Positions 18,077 through 23,701 of a DNA stretch of 23,701 nt are shown here, piece by piece. The stretch is taken from assembly GCA_037381445.1 (NCBI GenBank), contig JARRQT010000162.1:505-24205 (forward strand), written 5' to 3'. Made by a program: the position numbers and the translations under genes. This DNA comes from Calditrichia bacterium. GTDB lineage: Bacteria; Calditrichota; Calditrichia; RBG-13-44-9. The notes beneath the pieces were generated by a model. It searched no databases and was not told where the DNA came from. It saw only the letters and a program-made list of their open reading frames with translations. Every line of letters starts with the position of its first letter. Positions within the stretch are counted from its first letter, which is position 1.

Positions 18077-19282
18077 ATGCAACGAAAAATTTTACACATG
18101 CAGTTTCTGTTACTCTTCCTGATATTTTATAATTCGGTGTTTTCCCAGTCTCCTTCTTTTTCCGCAGCACCAGGCGACCAGCAGGAAGTGATTGCCCGCG
18201 GAGTAGGGCTGATCATGGGCGGAGATTTGGCCAAAGCCGAAGACGATGCGAAAAACAGCGCTTTGCGCAATGCAGTGGAGCAGGTCATCGGCACCATGAT
18301 TCAGTCCGATGTTCTGGTTCAGAATTATCAGACCATCGAGGACAATATTTACAGCCAGACGCAGGGATATGTGCAGAGTTTTTCTGTAATTAACAAAGCC
18401 CAGCGGGGTGACAATATTCTGGAAGTAACCATTAAGGCAGTGGTGAAAAAGGGTGACCTGAAGAATGATCTGGAAGCGATTGGTGTTCTTATTGCCCGAA
18501 AGGGGAAACCGCGCCTCATGGTGCTGATCGATGAGAAAAATATGGACGAGCACTATTATTCCTGGTCAGTGGATATGAATACCTCGGAAAATGAGATTAT
18601 GAATGATTTAATCGGAAAGGGCTTTCCGTTTGTGGATCGCGATGTTGTGATGAGAAAACTCCAAAAGGATATGGTTTTGGCAGCCCTGAACGGGGATGAA
18701 GCAGCCGCAAGCAGCATTGCCTCGCAAACCGGAGCAGAAGTGCTGCTGATCGGCAAGGCAGTATCCAAACCGGCTTCCGGAGGACCAGCCGTGCTGAAAC
18801 AGGCGGGCATGGTATCGTGCCAGGCATCGATCAGCCTGCGGGCAGTGCGGGCGGATGATGGAACAATCCTGGTCACTTCCAGCAAACAGGCTGCTGCCGC
18901 ACATATCGATCAGTTGACCGGCGGAACGCAGGCGCTGCAGAAGGCCGCCAAAATTGCCGCCGATGACCTGTCGGATAAAATCATATCTCGCTGGCAGAAA
19001 GACGTCTACAGCGGGACCACCATAAATCTGCGCCTTCTGAATGTGGAGACTTTTTCCGATCTGATGAAATTCAAGGGGATGCTTCCCCTGTATGTACGGG
19101 GAGTGCAAAAGGTTTTCCAGCGCGATTACTCCCAGAATACGGCGCTGTTTGATCTGGATGTGAGAGGTTCCGCCAATCAGATAGCGGAGGAACTGGCGCT
19201 GAAGGATTTTTCTCCTTACCGGGTGGAAGTCATCAGCGTGACCCAAAATACAATTGTCGCCAAACTTAATAAAGGGAACTAA
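18077..19282 (+). CDS. Exported protein with FlgT N-terminal-like domain and TolB-N/CsgG-like middle domain
   Basis: SD GGAG then ATG 18077; signal peptide; VIARG...AEDDAKNSALRNAVEQVIG...GYVQSFSVI; middle region KPRLMVLIDE...GAEVLLIGKA...LRAVRADDGTIL. Confidence 0.75.
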   Translation: MQRKILHMQFLLLFLIFYNSVFSQSPSFSAAPGDQQEVIARGVGLIMGGDLAKAEDDAKNSALRNAVEQVIGTMIQSDVLVQNYQTIEDNIYSQTQGYVQSFSVINKAQRGDNILEVTIKAVVKKGDLKNDLEAIGVLIARKGKPRLMVLIDEKNMDEHYYSWSVDMNTSENEIMNDLIGKGFPFVDRDVVMRKLQKDMVLAALNGDEAAASSIASQTGAEVLLIGKAVSKPASGGPAVLKQAGMVSCQASISLRAVRADDGTILVTSSKQAAAAHIDQLTGGTQALQKAAKIAADDLSDKIISRWQKDVYSGTTINLRLLNVETFSDLMKFKGMLPLYVRGVQKVFQRDYSQNTALFDLDVRGSANQIAEELALKDFSPYRVEVISVTQNTIVAKLNKGN

Positions 19283-19297
19283 AAAGGAGGAATTATT

Positions 19298-20200
19298 TTG
19301 AGACGGGTTATTTTGCTCTTTTTGTCGTGTCTTTTTTTAACACTAAATCTTTACAGCGGGGAGTTGCAGGGGCTGAAAAAGCGCATTGCAGTTGTTGATT
19401 TTGAAGACCGCAGCGGATGGGGCCACAATATCGGGACCGGCCTCGCAGATATGCTGGTTACCGAGTTGGTAAAATCCGGGAATTTCATGGTGGTGGAGCG
19501 CCAGGAATTGGCCAAGATTATGGAAGAACAGGGCCTGGGAATGTCCGGTGCCGTTACCCCCCAGAGCGCGGCCCAGGTAGGCAAACTTCTGGGTGTGGAG
19601 CTTATGGTAATGGGAAGCGTCTCTGAATTTGGTGAAAAAAAGTCCGGTGTGGGAGGTGCCGTTGGACGCCTCGGTATCGGTGGAAAGATATCCAAAAGCA
19701 AAGCACGGGCGGTAGTGGATGTCCGTTTGGTTAATACCAGTACCGGCGAAATCGTGATGGCCGAAACCGCCGAAGGAGAAGAAGGAAGCACCGGGCTTGA
19801 TAATATCAGCGTGAAAGATATTGATTTCGGGAATCCTACCTATTGGGATAATACGATCCTGGGCAAAGCCAGCCGGAAGGCAATCGATAAAACGGTGAAG
19901 ATGATCGACAAAGCCATGGAAAAAATCCCCTGGGAAGGCAAGATAATCAAAGCCAATGATGACGGCACTCTTTATATGAAACCCGGTTCCGCGGGCGGCG
20001 TCCAGCCCGGAATGGAGTTCGCTGTTTATTCGCAGGGTGAAGAACTGATTGACCCCGATACCGGCATCTCCCTTGGTAGTGAAGAACAGAAAATCGGTAA
20101 AATCAAGGTGGTTCAGGATATTGGCGACGGCAAAGCCTGCAAAGCGATTGTTGTATCAGGAACAGGATTTAATACCGGCGATCTTATCAGGGAAAAGTAG
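19298..20200 (+). CDS. CsgG/HfaB-family protein with FlgT-C-like C-terminal beta domain
   Basis: SD AAGGAGG then TTG; KKRIAVVDF, LADMLVTELVKSGNFMVVERQEL and VDVRLVNTSTGEI; C-terminal WEGKII...GVQPGMEF...LIDPDTGISLG...IGKIKV. Confidence 0.9.
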   Translation: MRRVILLFLSCLFLTLNLYSGELQGLKKRIAVVDFEDRSGWGHNIGTGLADMLVTELVKSGNFMVVERQELAKIMEEQGLGMSGAVTPQSAAQVGKLLGVELMVMGSVSEFGEKKSGVGGAVGRLGIGGKISKSKARAVVDVRLVNTSTGEIVMAETAEGEEGSTGLDNISVKDIDFGNPTYWDNTILGKASRKAIDKTVKMIDKAMEKIPWEGKIIKANDDGTLYMKPGSAGGVQPGMEFAVYSQGEELIDPDTGISLGSEEQKIGKIKVVQDIGDGKACKAIVVSGTGFNTGDLIREK

Positions 20201-20227
20201 ACGAATTCAAATATTCAGCAAATGACT

Positions 20228-20259
20228 TTCGGGAGAATTCCATCGGGATTGCTCCCGAA
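20228..20259 (+). other. Intergenic hairpin (weak terminator or RNA-stability element)
   Basis: TTCGGGAG...CTCCCGAA stem with an inner imperfect stem. Confidence 0.45.
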
Positions 20260-20294
20260 GCCGCTTTTGAACAGAAAATACAACGGAGGATTTC

Positions 20295-21059
20295 ATGGCA
20301 AAACTCCTGCGAGTAGGTGTTTTAGCCGCATTATTTATCATAACGATGTCTTTTATGGAAGCCGGCAAAGAGCCGGTGGGGAAGATTACCTTCCCGCTGA
20401 ACCGGGTTTTTGTCTTGCAGGCCGGCAGTTCCCAGCCGCAGACGGCGAGTTACAATATGGATGTTTTTTCGGGTGATAAGATTGAGACAAAGAAGGAATC
20501 GCGTTGTGAAATCACCATGAACAACGGAAATGTGGTCCGCATTGATGAAAATTCAATCTACACCCTGGAAAATGTGAAGGTGACCCCGGAAACGGTCAAA
20601 GCCGAATCTTTCCTGGGATCGGGGAAATTATGGTCCACCATCCGCAAGATTTTTTCCAAGGACGATTATTTCAAGGTGAAATCACCTTCCGCTGTCATTG
20701 CGGTGCGGGGAACCATCTACCGCGTTGATGTGCAGCCGGATTCAACCACCCAGTTGCGGGTGTATGATGGTGAAGTGGAAGTCACGCCGTATAACCCATC
20801 CATGGGCGCCCTCGAGAAGACAACCCCCGGCGAGCAGCCCAAAGCGATCGGTCCTCCGAGAGATGTGCCCGGCCCGACCACGGTATCCGGACCGCGGGAT
20901 GTTACCATGGAGGAATGGCTGGAAATTGTGAAGGCCCAGCAGCAGATTGTGGTTAGCCCCGACGGATCATTTCAGAAATCGGATTTTAACCTGGAGGATG
21001 ACGCTAAATCCGATTGGGTGCAGTGGAACAAGCAGCGGGATGAATTGCTGGGACGCTAA
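20295..21059 (+). CDS. FecR-domain exported protein
   Basis: SD GGAGG; N-terminal hydrophobic segment; GDKIET...SRCEI...VRIDENS, SPSAVIAVRGT and VYDGEVEV motifs. Confidence 0.88.
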   Translation: MAKLLRVGVLAALFIITMSFMEAGKEPVGKITFPLNRVFVLQAGSSQPQTASYNMDVFSGDKIETKKESRCEITMNNGNVVRIDENSIYTLENVKVTPETVKAESFLGSGKLWSTIRKIFSKDDYFKVKSPSAVIAVRGTIYRVDVQPDSTTQLRVYDGEVEVTPYNPSMGALEKTTPGEQPKAIGPPRDVPGPTTVSGPRDVTMEEWLEIVKAQQQIVVSPDGSFQKSDFNLEDDAKSDWVQWNKQRDELLGR

Positions 21060-21109
21060 CTGCCAATCCCTGATTTGTGCCCGAAATTCATCAAAGCGCA
21101 TTTTGTATG

Positions 21110-21152
21110 ATCGCCTGCTTTCCCTCAACAGGGCAAGGCAGGCGATTCTTTT
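21110..21152 (+). terminator. Intrinsic terminator ending the five-gene cluster
   Basis: ATCGCCTGCTT...AGGCAGGCGAT stem followed by TCTTTT. Confidence 0.8.
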
Positions 21153-21360
21153 ATGCCGGCGTGATTCCGGGCATGCCCCTCGGATGACCCGCCATGTATG
21201 TGCTTAAGCCGGCGTATTGGATCTTCAATGCCTGCAGAGAATATTTTTTGGACCCTTCTGCAGCCTGCCTGAAATACAATAATAATTGCAAGTTATCATG
21301 ATTTCGATTAATTTTGTCAGTGACTGGTTTTTGCCTTTAGGGGGAATCCCCGATATTTGG

Positions 21361-21369
21361 TGATATAAT
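21361..21369 (+). promoter_or_regulatory. Possible extended -10 promoter upstream of the homoaconitase gene
   Basis: TGATATAAT matches TGnTATAAT; no properly spaced -35 seen. Confidence 0.35.
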
Positions 21370-21622
21370 GGTAAGAGCGAACAGGCAAAACGGAATTTCA
21401 TTCACCTCCCATCACCCTGATTCGCTGGATTGGATAAATGCAGATAAACAGAGTGAGCCGGTTCTGAGGACCTTAAATAAATATTTTCTGATGCCGAACC
21501 GGTCATGGCTTGGGATCGTTTCATATATCGAAAAAAATGCTTTTTAAGCCGGAGATCAACAGAAGATAATAAATAAAAATTCTTTACCATTCTGAACAAA
21601 AAATAGAATGCGGAGAAAATCT

Positions 21623-23602
21623 ATGTCACAGAATTTAATTGAAAAAATTGCCCAGCGTTATGCGGTTGAACTCGATGAAGGCCAGCAGGTGCACAGCGGT
21701 GATTACATTTCCATTCAGCCCGCCCATGTGATGACCCACGATAACACCGGCGCGGTGATCCCCAAATTTAAATCGATCGGCGCCCGCCGCATGGCAAATC
21801 CCCGCCAGCCGGTTTTCACCCTGGACCATAACGTGCAGGACACCAGCGAAAAGAATCTGGAAAAATACCGCAAAATCGAGGCGTTTGCCCGGGACATGGG
21901 GGTTGATTTTTATCCCGCCGGAAGGGGGATCGGGCACCAGATTATGTGCGAGGAAGGATATGCCTGGCCCGGAACCATGGCGGTGGCCTCGGACAGCCAT
22001 TCCAATATGTACGGCGGACTCGGTTGTCTGGGCACGCCCATTGTCCGAACCGATGCGGCGGCGCTCTGGGCTACCGGAAGAACATGGTGGCAGATTCCCC
22101 CGGTGGCAAAAGTGGAATTGCGCGGAAGGCTCCGTCCGGGAGTTAACGGAAAGGATGTGATTATCACGTTGTGCGGTTTTTTCAATAATGATGAAGTGCT
22201 GAACCATGCGGTGGAGTTTGTGGGAGACGGCGTTGCCGGTCTCTCCGTTGACCAGCGGCTGACCATCGCCAACATGACAACGGAATGGGGAGCGCTGGCG
22301 GGCGTATTCCTGATAGATGATATTACCATTGAGTGGCTGAAACGAAGAGCGCAATTTATTGAAAAAAGGGGCCTGGCGGGTGTGCCCTCCGATGCAGACG
22401 GTCACGGACAGCATCCCCGCATGAGCAGACAGCGCATTCAGGCGCTGGAGAAAGATCGGATGGCGCTGAAGCCCGACAAAGATGCCTTTTACGCCCGGCA
22501 GTTGGTGCTGGATCTGGCCACTGTACAGCCCCATGTATCCGGTCCGAATACCGTAAAAGTCATGACACCGCTCTCTGAAATCCGGCGGAAGAAAGTAAAA
22601 ATTCATAAAGCCTATCTGGTTTCATGCGTGAACAGCAGGGTTGAAGACCTGGCCGAAGCCGCGGCCGTGGTAAGGGACAGAAAAGTGGCGGAAGGTGTCA
22701 AATTTTACATCGCAGCCGCTTCCAGTGAGGTGCAGCAGGAGAGCGAGAGACGCGGCGACTGGCAGATACTGCTGGATGCCGGCGCCATACCGCTTCCCCC
22801 CGGCTGCGGCCCCTGTATCGGTCTTGGCACCGGATTACTGGAAGACGGGGAAGTGGGCATTTCAGCCACTAACCGCAATTTTAAGGGAAGAATGGGTTCG
22901 CGCAATGCATCTGCCTATCTGGCCTCTCCGGCCGTTGTGGCGGAATCTGCCATTGCCGGAATCATAGATTATCCCGAGGATAGCGAGTTTGTGCCCACCA
23001 AGGGTGAAATTGTGGAAAATGAGCAGAGCGGCGAAGCACAGGGTGACATTAAAATTCTGAACGGATTCCCGGCTGTATTGGAAGGAGAACTGCTGTTCTG
23101 CTACCAGGATAACCTGAATACGGATGGGATTTATCCCGGCAAATATACCTATATTGATGATTTCACCCCCCGGCAGCAGGCGCAAGTCGTCATGGAAAAC
23201 TACGATCCCAATTTCAAAAGCCTGGTGAAGGAAGGTGATTTTCTGGTGGGCGGATTTAATTTTGGCACCGGCAGCTCCCGGGAGCAGGCGGCGACCTGTC
23301 TGAAATACCGCGGATTAAAGCTGGTGCTGGCAGGTTCCTTCAGTGAAACCTACAAACGGAATGCTTTGAACAATGGATTTCTGGTCATTGAGGCACCCCG
23401 TCTGGTCCGGGAACTGAAAGAAAAATTCGGACAGAATAAACTGACGGTGCGGACCGGGATTTCCGCAAAGATTGATTTTCGCAAATCGGTTTTGGAAGCC
23501 GAGGGCAGGAAATACCCGATCAGTCCAGTGGGCGCCGCCGCTCAGGAGCTTGTTCTTACCGGCGGATTGGAAAATTGGGTAAAATCAAAAATTCAGGATT
23601 AG
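21623..23602 (+). CDS. lysF: Homoaconitase, single-chain (large and small subunit fused), fungal Lys4/LysF type
   Basis: SD GGAG then ATG 21623; MTHDN, DSHSNMYGG, LGTPIVRTDAA, WATGRTWWQIPP; [4Fe-4S] ligands SCVNSR and GCGPC; fused swivel domain DNLNTDGIYPGKY and NFGTGSSREQA. Confidence 0.88.
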   Translation: MSQNLIEKIAQRYAVELDEGQQVHSGDYISIQPAHVMTHDNTGAVIPKFKSIGARRMANPRQPVFTLDHNVQDTSEKNLEKYRKIEAFARDMGVDFYPAGRGIGHQIMCEEGYAWPGTMAVASDSHSNMYGGLGCLGTPIVRTDAAALWATGRTWWQIPPVAKVELRGRLRPGVNGKDVIITLCGFFNNDEVLNHAVEFVGDGVAGLSVDQRLTIANMTTEWGALAGVFLIDDITIEWLKRRAQFIEKRGLAGVPSDADGHGQHPRMSRQRIQALEKDRMALKPDKDAFYARQLVLDLATVQPHVSGPNTVKVMTPLSEIRRKKVKIHKAYLVSCVNSRVEDLAEAAAVVRDRKVAEGVKFYIAAASSEVQQESERRGDWQILLDAGAIPLPPGCGPCIGLGTGLLEDGEVGISATNRNFKGRMGSRNASAYLASPAVVAESAIAGIIDYPEDSEFVPTKGEIVENEQSGEAQGDIKILNGFPAVLEGELLFCYQDNLNTDGIYPGKYTYIDDFTPRQQAQVVMENYDPNFKSLVKEGDFLVGGFNFGTGSSREQAATCLKYRGLKLVLAGSFSETYKRNALNNGFLVIEAPRLVRELKEKFGQNKLTVRTGISAKIDFRKSVLEAEGRKYPISPVGAAAQELVLTGGLENWVKSKIQD

Positions 23603-23701
23603 GATATTTTAACACAGCAAAATCGGAGATTTAAAATATCAGCTCCCCTTCGTGGAGAATAAGAAAGCTTGTCTTCCAAAGCTAGCCTGCTATATAGTTT
23701 C

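Noticed and set aside
19298..20200. Curli secretion system (csgG ortholog)
   Set aside because: No csgA/B/E/F nearby, no convincing lipobox and an extra C-terminal domain; kept as family-level similarity only.
15738..21152. Genomic island integrated at tRNA-Gly
   Set aside because: No integrase, no duplicated tRNA 3' end seen, and no obvious compositional shift.
21225..21410. Minus-strand short ORF (MKFRFACS...) after GGAGGTGA
   Set aside because: SD-to-ATG spacing is only 3 nt and the peptide has no recognisable features.
21370..21622. Lysine riboswitch ahead of the homoaconitase gene
   Set aside because: GCCGAA and TTGGG occur, but the AGAGG, AAAGG and CTGTC elements and the five-way junction are not evident; an Rfam scan would settle it.

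Overview
Bacterial diderm chromosomal segment of moderate GC content; the gene content is suggestive of Calditrichota or a related FCB-adjacent lineage (inference only). In order: (1) two tandem bacterioferritin genes; (2) a frameshifted FadL/OmpP1-type outer-membrane barrel followed by a secreted tandem DUF302-like protein; (3) a convergent secreted His-rich internally duplicated helical protein; (4) a three-gene operon of TonB-dependent receptor, 1125-aa protein with a T9SS-like C-terminal domain, and PorV-family barrel; (5) a 142/142/101-bp tandem repeat whose core carries an 18-aa hydrophobic ORF; (6) a GWxTD protein; (7) tRNA-Gly(CCC); (8) a five-gene envelope cluster (LPP20-like, TPR+SLH lipoprotein, FlgT-N-like, CsgG+FlgT-C-like, FecR-like) with no flagellar or curli genes in the window; (9) a single-chain, fungal Lys4-like homoaconitase. 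The best candidates for undescribed systems are the five-gene envelope cluster, the receptor/T9SS-cargo/PorV module and the repeat array. All family assignments are by motif recognition; no searches were run.
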